From NCBI GenBank assembly GCA_035711945.1, contig DASTBR010000074.1, forward strand, positions 1 to 39,433: a DNA stretch of 39,433 nt, given 5' to 3'. The notes beneath the pieces were generated by a model. It made no database searches. It was not told the DNA's origin and was given only the letters and a program-made list of their open reading frames with translations. Source of the stretch: Dehalococcoidia bacterium (GTDB taxonomy: Bacteria > Chloroflexota > Dehalococcoidia > WHTO01). This document shows positions 14,928-25,029 of the stretch, one piece after another. The position numbers and the translations under genes are program-made. How positions within the stretch are numbered: the first letter of the stretch is position 1; every line of letters begins with the position of its first letter.

Positions 14928-16072
14928 CAGGCCGGCTCTTCTGGCCCGGTTTCGGCGAGGCGGCGAAGCTTGCGCCTGAGCTCAGGGGGCAATTGTGCTG
15001 CCAGGCCCTCGCCAGCGTCGGATTCTTCTTCGTCGTCCGGGGTGAAAGTGGCGGATTCGACGATGTCCTCGTCGAGGCTGGGCGTCTCGTCGGAGTCGCC
15101 GAAGCTTTCAGCGCCGCCGCCGAAGGCGAAGTCACCGAGGTTCTCGGGCTTGATCAGGCCCATGGAGAGAAGCTTGTCCTTGACCTCGTCGTAGGACTTC
15201 TTGCCAAAGTTGCGGATGCCCAGCAGCTCGTCCTCGCTGCGCTCGAGCAGCGCGCCGACGGTCATGATGCCGGTGCGCTTGAGCGAGTTGTAAGCACGGA
15301 CGGACAGGTCCAGGTTCTCAATGGGCATGTTGTACTGATCGGGCGGGAGGATCGAGCCGGAGCCAAGTCCCCTGTCCATCGAGGGCAGCTGGGGACGACC
15401 CAGCTGGCTAAAGAGGGCGAACTGGTTCATGAGGATGTCAGCGCTCTGGCTGAGAGCCTCGATACCCGTCATTGTGCCGTCAGTCCAGATTTCCAGGGTC
15501 AGACGGTCGTAGTCGGTGATCTGGCCGACACGGGTCTTGCCGACCTGGTAGTTGACCTTGCGGACCGGCGTGAAAACCGCGTCTACCGGGATTACACCGA
15601 TGGGCATGCCATCGGTGCTGCCGGCAGGCTGGTAGCCGCGTCCGCGCTCGACATTGAACTCAACGGTCAAGCGGCCCTTGGCTGAGTCAAGCGTGGCAAG
15701 GTGCTGGTCGTTGTTGATGACGTCGTAGTCGGCGGGAACCTCGATGTCGGCGGCGGTTATCTCGCCCTCGCCGCTGTAGTCGAGGTACATCTTAGCCGGG
15801 CGGTCGGAGAGGGCGCGAAGCCGGATCTCCTTCACGTTGAGGAGGAACTGAATCGTGTCCTCTTTGACGTGCTCGATTGTTGAGAATTCGTGCTGAGCCT
15901 GGTCGATGCGAACGCTCGTGATAGCTGCGCCGGGCAGCGAGCTGAGCAGCATGCGGCGCAAAGCGTTACCGAGCGTGACGCCAAATCCGCTTTCGAGCGG
16001 TTCGGCGACGACGCGGGCGTAGGTGTCTGAACTTTCCACTACTTCGATGGTTGGTCTCTGAAGGTCCGTCAA
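14927..16072 (-). CDS. rpoA: DNA-directed RNA polymerase subunit alpha, with an acidic C-terminal tail of about 70 aa
   Basis: Motif EPLESGFGVTLGNALRR. GGGAGGGGGA precedes TTG 16072 (MTDLQRPTIEVVESS). The track start 16171 would overlap rpsD. The tail follows the alpha-CTD (..KLLSMGLIKPE). Confidence 0.9.
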   Translation of the reverse strand: MTDLQRPTIEVVESSDTYARVVAEPLESGFGVTLGNALRRMLLSSLPGAAITSVRIDQAQHEFSTIEHVKEDTIQFLLNVKEIRLRALSDRPAKMYLDYSGEGEITAADIEVPADYDVINNDQHLATLDSAKGRLTVEFNVERGRGYQPAGSTDGMPIGVIPVDAVFTPVRKVNYQVGKTRVGQITDYDRLTLEIWTDGTMTGIEALSQSADILMNQFALFSQLGRPQLPSMDRGLGSGSILPPDQYNMPIENLDLSVRAYNSLKRTGIMTVGALLERSEDELLGIRNFGKKSYDEVKDKLLSMGLIKPENLGDFAFGGGAESFGDSDETPSLDEDIVESATFTPDDEEESDAGEGLAAQLPPELRRKLRRLAETGPEEPA

Positions 16073-16115
16073 GGAAATCCCCCTCCCTGGGGAAGAAAGG
16101 CCGCTCTGGCGACCT

Positions 16116-16745
16116 TTAGCGTGAGTAGTACTCGACAATAACTGCCGGGTCGAATTGCACCTCAGCGTCAACGAGCGTGGGCTCGGCCGAGACGTTGCCC
16201 GTCATGGCCCCTTCGTTGACAGAAACCCAGGAGGGCTTAGAGGCGCTTCCGATACCGCCCTCCTGAATGGTGAACGCTTCGCTGGCGCGCCCACGGTTGG
16301 TCCAGCCGACTTCGTCGCCAACCTTCACCTGGTAGGACGGAATGTTGACTTTCCGCCCGTTGACCGAGATCAGGCCGTGGCGCACGAACTGGCGGCCCTG
16401 GTTGCGAGAGTCGGCAAACCCCATGCGCATGACGACGTTGTCGAGACGCATCTCGAGCGTGCGGACAAGGTTCTCGCCGGTGATGCCCGGGCGGGCGACC
16501 GCATCCTCGTAGTAGCTCTTGAACTGGCGTTCGAGGATGCCGTAGACCGAGCGCGCCTTGTTCTTCTCTTTCCACTGCAGGCCGCGGTCGGAGACCTTAC
16601 GCCTGCGGGCGAGCTTCTGGCCGGGCGGGTTGTTGCGGCCCGGCTTTTCGATCGTGCAGTTGGTTATGCACTTGTCGCCCTTGAGGAAGAGCTTCATGCC
16701 GTGTCGCCGGCAGATCCGGCAGACGGCTCCTCTGTATCGCGCCAT
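16116..16745 (-). CDS. rpsD: 30S ribosomal protein S4
   Basis: The MARYRGAVCRICRR N-terminus and the S4 domain. Confidence 0.95.
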   Translation of the reverse strand: MARYRGAVCRICRRHGMKLFLKGDKCITNCTIEKPGRNNPPGQKLARRRKVSDRGLQWKEKNKARSVYGILERQFKSYYEDAVARPGITGENLVRTLEMRLDNVVMRMGFADSRNQGRQFVRHGLISVNGRKVNIPSYQVKVGDEVGWTNRGRASEAFTIQEGGIGSASKPSWVSVNEGAMTGNVSAEPTLVDAEVQFDPAVIVEYYSR

Positions 16746-16762
16746 TTTTCTGCTCTACCCTC

Positions 16763-17158
16763 CTAGACGCGCCGGCGCTTGGGAGCGCGACAACCGTTGT
16801 GTGGGATTGGGGTCACGTCGCGAATACTGACGACGTTGAGGCCAGCAGCCTGAAGCGAGCGAATCGCTGCCTCGCGTCCACTGCCGGGACCGCGGACCAT
16901 GACCTCGATCTGGCGAAGCCCGTGCTCCATGGCGCGGCGCGCGGCCTGTTCGGCGGCCAGCTGGGCGGCGTAGGGTGTGCTCTTGCGAGAGCCCTTGAAG
17001 CCGGCCTGGCCGGCGCTGCCCCAGGCGAGAACGGCGCCGCTAGGGTCAGTGAGAGTAATCAGGGTGTTGTTAAACGTTGACTGGATGTAGGCGCGGCCGG
17101 CCGGCACGACCTTGCGCTCGCGCCTGCGGCCACGTGTCTTTCTCTTAGGTTCAGCCAT
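16763..17158 (-). CDS. rpsK: 30S ribosomal protein S11
   Basis: Motifs [14 protein letters not shown] and [14 protein letters not shown]. Confidence 0.95.
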   Translation of the reverse strand: MAEPKRKTRGRRRERKVVPAGRAYIQSTFNNTLITLTDPSGAVLAWGSAGQAGFKGSRKSTPYAAQLAAEQAARRAMEHGLRQIEVMVRGPGSGREAAIRSLQAAGLNVVSIRDVTPIPHNGCRAPKRRRV

Positions 17159-17174
17159 CTAGCCCCTCAAACTC

Positions 17175-17558
17175 CTACTTCTTAGCTGCGGTGCGCCGCT
17201 TGCCAGCGACGGTCTTGGCCGGACCCTTGCGGGTGCGGGCGTTGGTGCGCGTGCGCTGACCGTGTACCGGTAGACCGCGGCGATGCCTGATGCCGCGGTA
17301 GCAATTGATCTCGATTAGTCGCTGAATGTTCTGGCGCAGCTCGCGGCGCAGGTCGCCTTCGACGTTGTAATTGCGGTCGATGAGGTCGCGGATACGGGCG
17401 ACCTCGTCGTCGGTCAGGTCACGCACGCGGGTAGCGGGGTTAACGTTGGCGGCTTGGACGATCTTGTTGGCTGAGGTTGGGCCGATCCCGTAGATGTAGC
17501 GAAGGGAGATGTCGACTCTCTTTTCGCGGGGGATGTCTACGCCGGAAATACGCGCCAT
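17175..17558 (-). CDS. rpsM: 30S ribosomal protein S13
   Basis: [16 protein letters not shown]-terminus. Confidence 0.95.
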   Translation of the reverse strand: MARISGVDIPREKRVDISLRYIYGIGPTSANKIVQAANVNPATRVRDLTDDEVARIRDLIDRNYNVEGDLRRELRQNIQRLIEINCYRGIRHRRGLPVHGQRTRTNARTRKGPAKTVAGKRRTAAKK

Positions 17559-17573
17559 AGTTCCTCGGTTCCC

Positions 17574-17687
17574 CTAACCCTGCCGCTGCTTGTGCTTCGG
17601 GTTCGAACAGATGACGCGAACGACCCCGCGCCGGCGGATGACCTGGCACTTCTCACAGCGTGGCTTGGCTGATGCGCTTACTTTCAT
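17574..17687 (-). CDS. rpmJ: 50S ribosomal protein L36 (zinc-binding form)
   Basis: Not in the ORF track because it is too short. My translation is [37 protein letters not shown], in the conserved position between infA and rpsM. Confidence 0.9.
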   Translation of the reverse strand: MKVSASAKPRCEKCQVIRRRGVVRVICSNPKHKQRQG

Positions 17688-17738
17688 TGGTTTCCAGAAG
17701 GCAGCGACGGGAGCGATGCACCCGAGGGGCTGCCGGCC

Positions 17739-17957
17739 CTACCTGAACCGGTAAGTTATCCGTCCGCGCGTCAGGTCGTAGGGTGAAAGCTCAACGAGAA
17801 CGCGGTCTCCGGGGAGTACTTTGATGTAGTTGAGGCGGATCTTGCCCGAGATGTGAGCCAGTACCTCGTGTCCGTTAGGCAGCTCCACCTTGAACATTGC
17901 GTTGGGCAGAGGCTCCTTGACGGTACCTTCTACTTCAATTGCTTCTTTCTTTGCCAT
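17739..17957 (-). CDS. infA: Translation initiation factor IF-1
   Basis: [26 protein letters not shown], with an S1-like fold. Confidence 0.95.
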   Translation of the reverse strand: MAKKEAIEVEGTVKEPLPNAMFKVELPNGHEVLAHISGKIRLNYIKVLPGDRVLVELSPYDLTRGRITYRFR

Positions 17958-18034
17958 GCGGCGCGACCAGCGCCAGTAACCTCCCCTGATCCGAGCACAA
18001 CCTGAACCGGCCTTGCGACAAGGATAACGAGTCT

Positions 18035-18064
18035 ATTATGGCAAGATTCGGCGGAAATTGCGAA
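18035..18064 (-). promoter_or_regulatory. Candidate internal sigma-70 promoter for infA and downstream genes
   Basis: On the minus strand: TTCGCA (18064-18059), an 18-nt spacer, then TGC-CATAAT (extended -10; hexamer 18040-18035). Confidence 0.35.
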
Positions 18065-18075
18065 TCGCCACGGTG

Positions 18076-18879
18076 TTAGTCCAGCGCTGAGAGCGTGAGC
18101 TCTCGATCGTCGACTTCCGTGGGCTTGTTCGTGGTCAACAGGATGGGCCCGTACTCGCCGACGGCGACGGTGTGCTCGAAGTGGGCCGAGAGGCTGCCGT
18201 CAGCGGTGCGGACGGTCCAGTCGTCGGGATCACGAGTGGTGCGCCAGGTACCGAGGTTGAACATGGGCTCAAGGGCGAGAACCATGCCCTTGCGCAGCTT
18301 GATGCCGCGGCCCGGCTCCCCATAGTTGGGCACCTGGGGCTCCTCGTGCATCTCGCGGCCAACACCATGGCCGACATATTCGCGGACGAGGCCATAGCCG
18401 CGAACCTCGGCGACCTGTTGGATGGCGGCGCCGACGTCACCCAGTCGATTGCCGGGCGCAACCTGCTCGATGCCGACGTCAAGCGCCTGCTTCGTGGCTG
18501 CGACTAGCTCGCTGACTTCCTGCGGGACGTGGCCGAGGGCGACAGTGCGGGCGCTGTCGGCGACGAAGCCGCGATGAGTGCAACCCAGATCGATGGAGAC
18601 GACGTCCCCATCGCGAAATGCGCGCCGGCTGGGAATGCCGTGGACGATCTTGTCGTTGACGGAGATGCAGACGGTCGCCGGATAACCGTTATAGCCGAGG
18701 AAGGTTGGAACTACGTCCCTGGCGGTAAATTCGGCGCGGACGAGATCGTCGATGTCTGTCTCTCGAACGCCGGGCTGGACGGCAGCCATGACGATGTCGA
18801 GAACATCGGCAAGAATTCTACCGGCCTCGCGCATGATAGCGACTTCGGAATCAGACTTTATTTCGATCGCCACTACCAA
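18076..18879 (-). CDS. map: Type I methionine aminopeptidase
   Basis: IEIKSDSEVAIMREAGRIL N-terminus and the metal-ligand context (DLGCTHRGFVADSA, EYVGHGVG, ALEPM). TTG start. About 18 extra C-terminal residues. Confidence 0.9.
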   Translation of the reverse strand: MVVAIEIKSDSEVAIMREAGRILADVLDIVMAAVQPGVRETDIDDLVRAEFTARDVVPTFLGYNGYPATVCISVNDKIVHGIPSRRAFRDGDVVSIDLGCTHRGFVADSARTVALGHVPQEVSELVAATKQALDVGIEQVAPGNRLGDVGAAIQQVAEVRGYGLVREYVGHGVGREMHEEPQVPNYGEPGRGIKLRKGMVLALEPMFNLGTWRTTRDPDDWTVRTADGSLSAHFEHTVAVGEYGPILLTTNKPTEVDDRELTLSALD

Positions 18880-19510
18880 TCTCCAGTGCGTTCAGAAGCT
18901 CACGGGTTACATCCTCGAGCGATCCTTCGCCGTTGATCGTCGTGAACTTCCCCTGCTTTCTGTAATAGTCAACCATATCGGCCGGGGGTTTCATCGATTC
19001 GAGGCGAGCGCGGACGACTTCTGGACGGTCGTCGTCGCGCTGATAGAGCTCCCCACCACAGCGCTGACAGCGGCCGGGTTGCGAACCGGGTGGAAGGCCG
19101 GTGATGTTGCCACAGTCGCGGCACATCCAACGATTGCTGAGCCGTGCGACAGACTCATCGTCGGACACTTCGATGAGGACGACTCTATCGACGCGGCTGT
19201 CCGAACTCTCGAGGGCGGTGTCGAGCGCCCGGGCCTGGGCGAGGTTGCGAGGAAAGCCGTCAAAGATGACGCCCTTCGCAGTGTCGGGCTCAGCCAGCCG
19301 TGTGAGCAGCATCTGAACCGTGATCTCGTCCGGCACGAGGGCGCCGCGGCTCATGTACTGTTGAGCGGTCTTGCCGAGCTCCGTGCCTGCTTTGACATTG
19401 GCGCGAAAAAGGTCGCCGGTGGCTATGTGCACCCAGCCTTTGGTAGCGGCTACGCGCTGTGCTTGTGTGCCTTTGCCGGCGCCGGGGGAGCCAAGAAGGA
19501 CGAGGTTCAT
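18851..19510 (-). CDS. adk: Adenylate kinase (zinc-lid form)
   Basis: MNLVLLGSPGAGKGTQ P-loop at ATG 19510. The lid is CRDCG...CQRCGG. The 88-codon upstream extension in the track is Arg/Pro-rich and implausible. Confidence 0.9.
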   Translation of the reverse strand: MNLVLLGSPGAGKGTQAQRVAATKGWVHIATGDLFRANVKAGTELGKTAQQYMSRGALVPDEITVQMLLTRLAEPDTAKGVIFDGFPRNLAQARALDTALESSDSRVDRVVLIEVSDDESVARLSNRWMCRDCGNITGLPPGSQPGRCQRCGGELYQRDDDRPEVVRARLESMKPPADMVDYYRKQGKFTTINGEGSLEDVTRELLNALEIGSGDRNKV

Positions 19511-19584
19511 GCCCGGAGGAGGGCAAGCGGCGACGCGGGCGCGCGCAAGGCGAGGAGAAGCAGGAGCCGCATTTGGGGCATCGC

Positions 19585-20943
19585 TTAGCGGATGAAGCCT
19601 TCGTAGTTGCGCATCAGCAACTGCGACTCCAGCTGCTTCATCGTGTCGAGCACGACGGCGACGACGATCAGCATGCCCGTGGCGCTGATGCGCAGGGAGT
19701 TGTTGACGTCGACAAAGAGGCTGGCGAAGTAAGGCACAACGGCGACAAATCCGAGGAAGAACGCGCCAGCCCACGTTATGCGCGTGAGGACGCGGATGAT
19801 GTACTCGTGCGTGGGTCTTCCAGGACGGATGCCGGGGATGAAGCCACCCTGCCGCTGGAGGTTATCGGCCAGGTTCTGCTGCTGGAAGATCACCATCGTG
19901 TAGAAGAACGTGAAGATGACGACAAGGATGAACGTCAACAGCCAATAGAGGCCTCGTTCAGGGTTCGTGATATCGGCGATGAAGTCTGCAAAGTCCTGGA
20001 AGAAACCGCTCTCACCAGAGGCTATGGCGCCGGCGGCAGCGCTGGGGAAGATCATGATCGAGAAGGCGAAGATGAGCGGGATCATGCCGGCTGAGTTGAC
20101 GCGGAGCGGGATGTGAGTCGCCCCGGTCTGCCGGTACATTCGGCCACCGCGGAACATGCTCCTGGCGTACTGAACGGGAATACGGCGCTGGGCTTCCTGG
20201 AAGAGCACTATCAGCGCGACAAGGGCGATTGAAACGACGGCGAGGAGGAAGAGCCCGCCAAAGCCGACGTCGGAGACGACGCCCTGGCCGATGAAGCCCG
20301 GCAAACCGGCGACGATGCCGCCGAAGATGATGATCGATATGCCGTTGCCCACGCCGTTCTCGGTGATCAACTCACCGATCCAGACGAGGAACATCGTGCC
20401 GGCGGTCATCGAGAAGAGGATGGTGAGGGTCGGTAACAATTCCTCTCCACTGAAGCCGATGCTGATGACCTCGCGGCCGGTGCCGCTGTTGAGGAGCAGT
20501 ATCTGGCCGTAGCCCTGGATGAAGGACACCGGCACGCACAGCCAGTGGGTGTAGATCTGGATGCGCTGGCGGCCGTATTGACCCTCCTGTGAGAGCGCAC
20601 GCAGACGCGGCACCATCGGGATCAGAAGCTGCATGATGATCGACGCGGTCACGTAGGGATAAACGCCCAGGCTGGCGACGCTCAGGTTCCTCAGCGCCCC
20701 GCCGCTGAAGACATCAAGGAAGCCCAGCACGGCATCGCCTTCGAAGGCGGCGTCGAGGACCTCACGGTCGACGCCGGGGAGGGGGACGTGGGCGATGAAG
20801 CGGAAGACGACAAGCATCCCGAACGTAAAGAGAAGCTTGCGCCGGATGTCCGGCTGCTGGAAGGCATCGACCAGCGCCGCCAGGAGGCGGTTCTGGCTTG
20901 CCCTAGTCTGCGCTCTCGGTGCTGCTGCTGCTCTGGTTGTCAT
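19585..20943 (-). CDS. secY: Preprotein translocase subunit SecY
   Basis: 452 aa with about 10 TM spans, in the conserved position after rplO. Its start overlaps the rplO 3' end by 41 nt. Confidence 0.9.
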   Translation of the reverse strand: MTTRAAAAPRAQTRASQNRLLAALVDAFQQPDIRRKLLFTFGMLVVFRFIAHVPLPGVDREVLDAAFEGDAVLGFLDVFSGGALRNLSVASLGVYPYVTASIIMQLLIPMVPRLRALSQEGQYGRQRIQIYTHWLCVPVSFIQGYGQILLLNSGTGREVISIGFSGEELLPTLTILFSMTAGTMFLVWIGELITENGVGNGISIIIFGGIVAGLPGFIGQGVVSDVGFGGLFLLAVVSIALVALIVLFQEAQRRIPVQYARSMFRGGRMYRQTGATHIPLRVNSAGMIPLIFAFSIMIFPSAAAGAIASGESGFFQDFADFIADITNPERGLYWLLTFILVVIFTFFYTMVIFQQQNLADNLQRQGGFIPGIRPGRPTHEYIIRVLTRITWAGAFFLGFVAVVPYFASLFVDVNNSLRISATGMLIVVAVVLDTMKQLESQLLMRNYEGFIR

Positions 20944-21388
20944 CCTTCTCCAGGAGGCTGACCGATCCGCCAGCCTTTTCGATCTTGCTACGAGCTGAGG
21001 CCGAAACCCGATGGGCGGTTACGTTAAGTTTCCGGGTCAACTCGCCGTTGCCAAGGACTTTGATAGGTAGACTGCGCTTGACGACGCCGCGCTCACGCAG
21101 GGCTTCGACCGTAACATCGGTACCGAGGTCGAGGCGCTCGAGAGTCGCCAGATTGACGACTGCGTACTCCTTGCGAAAGCGGTTGGTGAATCCACGTTTG
21201 CGGCCGAGGCGGAGGATCAGCGGTAGCTGACCGCCCTCGAAACCGGGGCGAATGTCGTTGCCCGATCGAGCCTTTTGGCCCTTGAGGCCCTTACCGGAGT
21301 AAGTGCCGGTGCCGCTGGCGTTGCCGCGTCCGAGACGCTTTCGCTTGTGGCGGGCGCCGCGTGGCGCCTTGAGTTCGTGTGGCCTCAC
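20903..21388 (-). CDS. rplO: 50S ribosomal protein L15
   Basis: Motif KRKRLGRGNASGTGTYSGKGLKGQKARSG. Confidence 0.95.
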   Translation of the reverse strand: MRPHELKAPRGARHKRKRLGRGNASGTGTYSGKGLKGQKARSGNDIRPGFEGGQLPLILRLGRKRGFTNRFRKEYAVVNLATLERLDLGTDVTVEALRERGVVKRSLPIKVLGNGELTRKLNVTAHRVSASARSKIEKAGGSVSLLEKDDNQSSSSTESAD

Positions 21389-21391
21389 TTC

Positions 21392-21577
21392 TTACCTCTG
21401 CTCGTCCACGGTCACGAGATGGCTGACTTTGTTGAGCATCCCGCGGATCGAGGGATTGTCTGGTTGGCTGACCGTGTGGCCGAGCCGGCGGAGGCCCAAA
21501 GCGCGCACCGTCTGGCGCTGGTCCTCCGGATAGCCGATCAGGCTCTTCTTGAGGGTGATCGCCAGGCCCGCCATCAC
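21392..21577 (-). CDS. rpmD: 50S ribosomal protein L30
   Basis: Motif [25 protein letters not shown]. Confidence 0.9.
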   Translation of the reverse strand: MMAGLAITLKKSLIGYPEDQRQTVRALGLRRLGHTVSQPDNPSIRGMLNKVSHLVTVDEQR

Positions 21578-22233
21578 TCAGCCTCCTTGACATCTGAGGC
21601 TGGTTCCACGCTGTCAGGCTGGGCCGCCATTTCGGGAGGGACTTCGTCCTGAGCAGCTTCGGCCTGCGGCTCACCACCGTCTGCCTCCGCGCTCGACTCA
21701 TCGCGAGGGGCCGAGCGTCCGTTGACGCGTCGCCCGACGCCGCGCAGCGCAAGGGCCTCGTCCGGGTCGCGGAGAGCAGCCAGGCCGTAGAGGGTTGCTT
21801 TGACGACGTTGACCGGGTTGTTTGAGCCAAGTGATTTGGTCAGGATGTCGCGAATACCGGCCAGCTCCACTACGGCACGTACACCGCCGCCGGCGATGAC
21901 GCCGGTACCGGGAGAGGCGGGCTTCATCAGAACCTTGGCGGCGCCGAACACGGAGAAGTACTCGTGAGTGATTGTGGAGCCGCGCATGGGCACGCGAATG
22001 AGGTTGCGCTTGGCGATCGTGACGCCCTTGCGAATTGCCTCAGGGACCTCGCGAGCTCGACCAACCCCGGCGCCGACGTGGCCCTTGCCATCACCGACGA
22101 CGACGACAGCGGTGAAGCTGAAGCGGCGGCCGCCGCTGACGACCTTGGCCACGCGGTTGATGTAGACGACCTTCTCAGTGAGCTCGAGGCCGCCCGGATC
22201 GATTCTGTCCTTAACTGGAGTAACTGCTGCCAT
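21574..22233 (-). CDS. rpsE: 30S ribosomal protein S5, with an acidic C-terminal tail of about 50 aa
   Basis: Motifs [16 protein letters not shown] and [13 protein letters not shown]. The tail begins after ..ALRGV. Confidence 0.95.
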   Translation of the reverse strand: MAAVTPVKDRIDPGGLELTEKVVYINRVAKVVSGGRRFSFTAVVVVGDGKGHVGAGVGRAREVPEAIRKGVTIAKRNLIRVPMRGSTITHEYFSVFGAAKVLMKPASPGTGVIAGGGVRAVVELAGIRDILTKSLGSNNPVNVVKATLYGLAALRDPDEALALRGVGRRVNGRSAPRDESSAEADGGEPQAEAAQDEVPPEMAAQPDSVEPASDVKEAE

Positions 22234-22241
22234 CTGCCTGC

Positions 22242-22601
22242 CTAAAACTTCAGCCCGGCCTTGCGCGCGCCCTCGGCGAGCGCTTTGACCCTGCCATGAT
22301 ATTGAAAGCCTCCGCGGTCGAAGACGACCTGCTTAACGCCCTTCTCGACCGCCCGCTTGCCGATAAGCTCGCCGACGGCGGCCGCTGAGGCGGTCTTATT
22401 GCCCTTGGCCTTGACCTCTTTCTCGAGGTCAGAAGCCGCTGCTAGCGTGGCGCCCTGCGAGTCGTCGATGACCTGGGCGTAGATGTGGGTCAGGCTGCGG
22501 AAGACAGCGAGGCGGGGCCGTTCGACGGTCCCGTCGAGCGTCTTCCGAACTCGTACATGTCGCCGGCGTCGCGCGGCGCGCGCGGTATTGCTTGCTTTCA
22601 T
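22242..22601 (-). CDS. rplR: 50S ribosomal protein L18
   Basis: Motifs [18 protein letters not shown] and [20 protein letters not shown]. Confidence 0.95.
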   Translation of the reverse strand: MKASNTARAARRRRHVRVRKTLDGTVERPRLAVFRSLTHIYAQVIDDSQGATLAAASDLEKEVKAKGNKTASAAAVGELIGKRAVEKGVKQVVFDRGGFQYHGRVKALAEGARKAGLKF

Positions 22602-22614
22602 CTCACTCTCCCGA

Positions 22615-23151
22615 CTAGCGGGCGCCCTTACCTGCCTTCCTTCTCACGTATTCGCCGCGATAGCGGATGCCCTTGCCCTTGTAGGGCTCGGGCGGCCGCA
22701 CCTTGCGGACGTCGGCGGCCACCTGGCCGACCAGCTCCTTGTCGATGCCGTGGATGTGAACCGTGGTCGGGTTCTCGACCTCGAACTCGATCCCCTTGGG
22801 GGGAACGACGTCGATCGGCCGCGAGAAGCCCACCTGGAGGCTGAGGTTGTTGCCCTGTTTGGCGGCGCGGTAGCCCACGCCCTGGATCTCGAGCGTCTTG
22901 CTGAAGCCCTCAGAGACGCCAATTGCCATATTGGCGAGCAGCGCGCGCGTGAGGCCGTGCATGGCACGATGTTCGGGCTTGTCGCTTGGGCGATTAACGC
23001 TGAGGGTGCCGTCCTGAAGTTTGATGTCCATCTCCTTCGACAGGTCACGCTCGAGCTGGCCCTTGGGCCCTTTCATGCGGACGTGCGAACCCTCGAGCGT
23101 GACCTCCACGCCCTTCGGCAACTCGATTGGTTGCTTGCCTATCCTCGACAT
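22615..23151 (-). CDS. rplF: 50S ribosomal protein L6
   Basis: [16 protein letters not shown]-terminus. Confidence 0.95.
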   Translation of the reverse strand: MSRIGKQPIELPKGVEVTLEGSHVRMKGPKGQLERDLSKEMDIKLQDGTLSVNRPSDKPEHRAMHGLTRALLANMAIGVSEGFSKTLEIQGVGYRAAKQGNNLSLQVGFSRPIDVVPPKGIEFEVENPTTVHIHGIDKELVGQVAADVRKVRPPEPYKGKGIRYRGEYVRRKAGKGAR

Positions 23152-23169
23152 CTTGATTTCAGGCCCTGG

Positions 23170-23568
23170 CTACCAGATGTAGCAGAGCACCTCTCCTCCG
23201 ATTCGTTTGCGCCACGCGTCCTGTCCGGTCATCACGCCCTGGGGCGTCGAGAGGATAGCGACGCCAAGGCCCCCGTAGACCCTCGGGATCTCGCCCTTCT
23301 GGACGTAGACGCGCAATCCGGGCTTGCTGACCCTCTGAAGGCCGCTGAGCATGGGCTCGCGTCGGCCGGTATAGCGCAGCTTGACCTTGAGATGACTCCG
23401 CGGACCGTCGTCGGCTACCTCGTAGCCTTCGATAAAGCCTTCGCTCTTGAGAACGTCGGCGATTGCCAGCTTCAGCTTAGAGGCGGGAATCGAGACGTTG
23501 TCGTGGCGCGCGCTTACGGCGTTGCGGATGCGCGTAAGCATGTCGGCGATGGGGTCAGTTACGTTCAT
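23170..23568 (-). CDS. rpsH: 30S ribosomal protein S8
   Basis: [17 protein letters not shown] at ATG 23568 gives 132 aa. The track extension to 23700 overlaps rpsN. Confidence 0.95.
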   Translation of the reverse strand: MNVTDPIADMLTRIRNAVSARHDNVSIPASKLKLAIADVLKSEGFIEGYEVADDGPRSHLKVKLRYTGRREPMLSGLQRVSKPGLRVYVQKGEIPRVYGGLGVAILSTPQGVMTGQDAWRKRIGGEVLCYIW

Positions 23569-23593
23569 TGATGGTCCTCCGGTACCCCAGCTT

Positions 23594-23779
23594 CTACCAA
23601 CTCGACTTCTTGATGCCGGGAAGCTGTCCAAGCAACGCGCGCTCCCGGAAACAGATTCGACACATGGCGAACTGGCGAATGTAGGCCCGCGAGCGGCCAC
23701 ATACCAGGCACCTGTTTTTCTTGCGTGAGCTGTACTTCGGAACTTTCTTGGCCTTGAGCATCAAAGCTAGTCGCGCCAT
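23594..23779 (-). CDS. rpsN: 30S ribosomal protein S14 type Z (zinc-binding)
   Basis: 61 aa with CLVCGR...CRICFR. Confidence 0.95.
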   Translation of the reverse strand: MARLALMLKAKKVPKYSSRKKNRCLVCGRSRAYIRQFAMCRICFRERALLGQLPGIKKSSW

Positions 23780-24337
23780 CTATCCCTCCTGAGTCCTGGC
23801 GAAGGGCATCCCAAGCATTTCGAGGAGGCGCCTGCCTTCGTCGTCGGTTTTCGCGGTGGTGACGAAACTGATCTGCATGCCGCGTATGCGGTCGATCTTG
23901 TCGTAGTCGATCTCGGGGAAGATCAACTGCTCGCGCACGCCGAGGCTGTAGTTGCCGCGGCCATCAAAGGCGTGGCGAGCGACGCCGCGGAAGTCGCGGA
24001 TGCGCGGCAGCGCGGCGCTGAGCAGCCGGTCCATGAACTCGTACATGCGCGGGCCGCGAAGGGTGACGCTCATGCCGATAGCGTTGCCCTCGCGGACCTT
24101 GAAGTTCGAGATGGACTTCTTGGCCTTGTTGATGATGGGCCGCTGGCCCGTGATCGTCTGCAGGTCGGCCGAAGCCGCGTCCAGGGCGCGTGCATTAGTC
24201 AGGGCCTCGCCCAGCCCGATGTTGATGACGACCTTCTCGAGCCGGGGCACCTGCATGACGTTCTTGTATCCGAACTCTTTGGTCAGGGCCGGCTTGATCT
24301 CGGCGTCGTAGCGTGTCTTGAGACGTGGTTCAGGCAT
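23780..24337 (-). CDS. rplE: 50S ribosomal protein L5
   Basis: Motifs [15 protein letters not shown] and [11 protein letters not shown]. Confidence 0.95.
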   Translation of the reverse strand: MPEPRLKTRYDAEIKPALTKEFGYKNVMQVPRLEKVVINIGLGEALTNARALDAASADLQTITGQRPIINKAKKSISNFKVREGNAIGMSVTLRGPRMYEFMDRLLSAALPRIRDFRGVARHAFDGRGNYSLGVREQLIFPEIDYDKIDRIRGMQISFVTTAKTDDEGRRLLEMLGMPFARTQEG

Positions 24338-24345
24338 AAGGGTTC

Positions 24346-24660
24346 CTAGTCGATGTCTCCGTCGCAGCTCTTGCAGTAGCGTCCTTTGCCGCCGTCATCG
24401 CGAATTCGAAAACCTACCCTTGTGGCTTTGCCACAGGCGGGGCAAACGATCCTCACGTTGGAGATGGCGACCGGCGCTTCCTTCTCGATGATGCCGCCGG
24501 GTTGCTGAAGGGAGCGTTGGCGCATGTGGCGCTTCACCATGTTCACGCCGGTAACGATGACGCGACCTTCATCGGGCAGGACGACGCGGACCGCGCCGGT
24601 CCTGCCGCGATCCTTGCCGGTCATGACCATGACGTTGTCGTTCTGTTTGATTTTTCGCAT
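24346..24660 (-). CDS. rplX: 50S ribosomal protein L24 (with a Cys4 motif)
   Basis: KOW motif [13 protein letters not shown]. The C-terminal part carries CPACGK...YCKSCDG. Confidence 0.95.
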   Translation of the reverse strand: MRKIKQNDNVMVMTGKDRGRTGAVRVVLPDEGRVIVTGVNMVKRHMRQRSLQQPGGIIEKEAPVAISNVRIVCPACGKATRVGFRIRDDGGKGRYCKSCDGDID

Positions 24661-25029
24661 CTAGATCACCTCCGGCGCGAGGGAGACGATCTTCGTGAAG
24701 CGCCTGTCGCGAAGCTCACGAGCGACGGGCCCGAAGATTCTTGTGCCGCGCGGGTTTTCTTTGTCAGAGAGGATCACAGCGGCGTTCTCGTCGAACCGGA
24801 TGTGTGTGCCGTCCGCGCGAGAAAACGGCTTGGCGGTGCGAACGATGACAGCACGGACGACCTCGCCCTTCTTTACGCCCGCTCCCGGTTGGGCAAGCTT
24901 GACCGAGGCGACGATGGTGTCGCCGACGCGGGCATAGCGACGGCGCGATCCACCGGAGACCTGGATGCACATGATCTCTCGTGCGCCGGAGTTGTCGGCG
25001 ACGCGCAGCCTTGTGTACTGCTGGATCAC
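24661..25029 (-). CDS. rplN: 50S ribosomal protein L14
   Basis: [19 protein letters not shown]-terminus. Confidence 0.95.
   Translation of the reverse strand: MIQQYTRLRVADNSGAREIMCIQVSGGSRRRYARVGDTIVASVKLAQPGAGVKKGEVVRAVIVRTAKPFSRADGTHIRFDENAAVILSDKENPRGTRIFGPVARELRDRRFTKIVSLAPEVI

Noticed and set aside
16073-16171. N-terminal 33-codon extension of rpoA in the ORF track
   Set aside because: It overlaps the rpsD 3' end and is not RpoA-like. A strong SD precedes the internal TTG at 16072.
19511-19774. 88-codon extension of adk
   Set aside because: It overlaps the secY 3' end and is an Arg/Pro/Ala-rich shadow. The canonical P-loop N-terminus starts at ATG 19510.
22483-23571. 362-aa plus-strand ORF
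   Set aside because: It is antisense to rplF and rpsH, which are unambiguous. Its composition is Ala/Arg/Leu/Asp-rich, typical of the reverse frame of GC-rich genes. It has no RBS or recognisable motif.
23569-23700. 44-codon extension of rpsH
   Set aside because: It overlaps rpsN, and the canonical S8 N-terminus is at ATG 23568.
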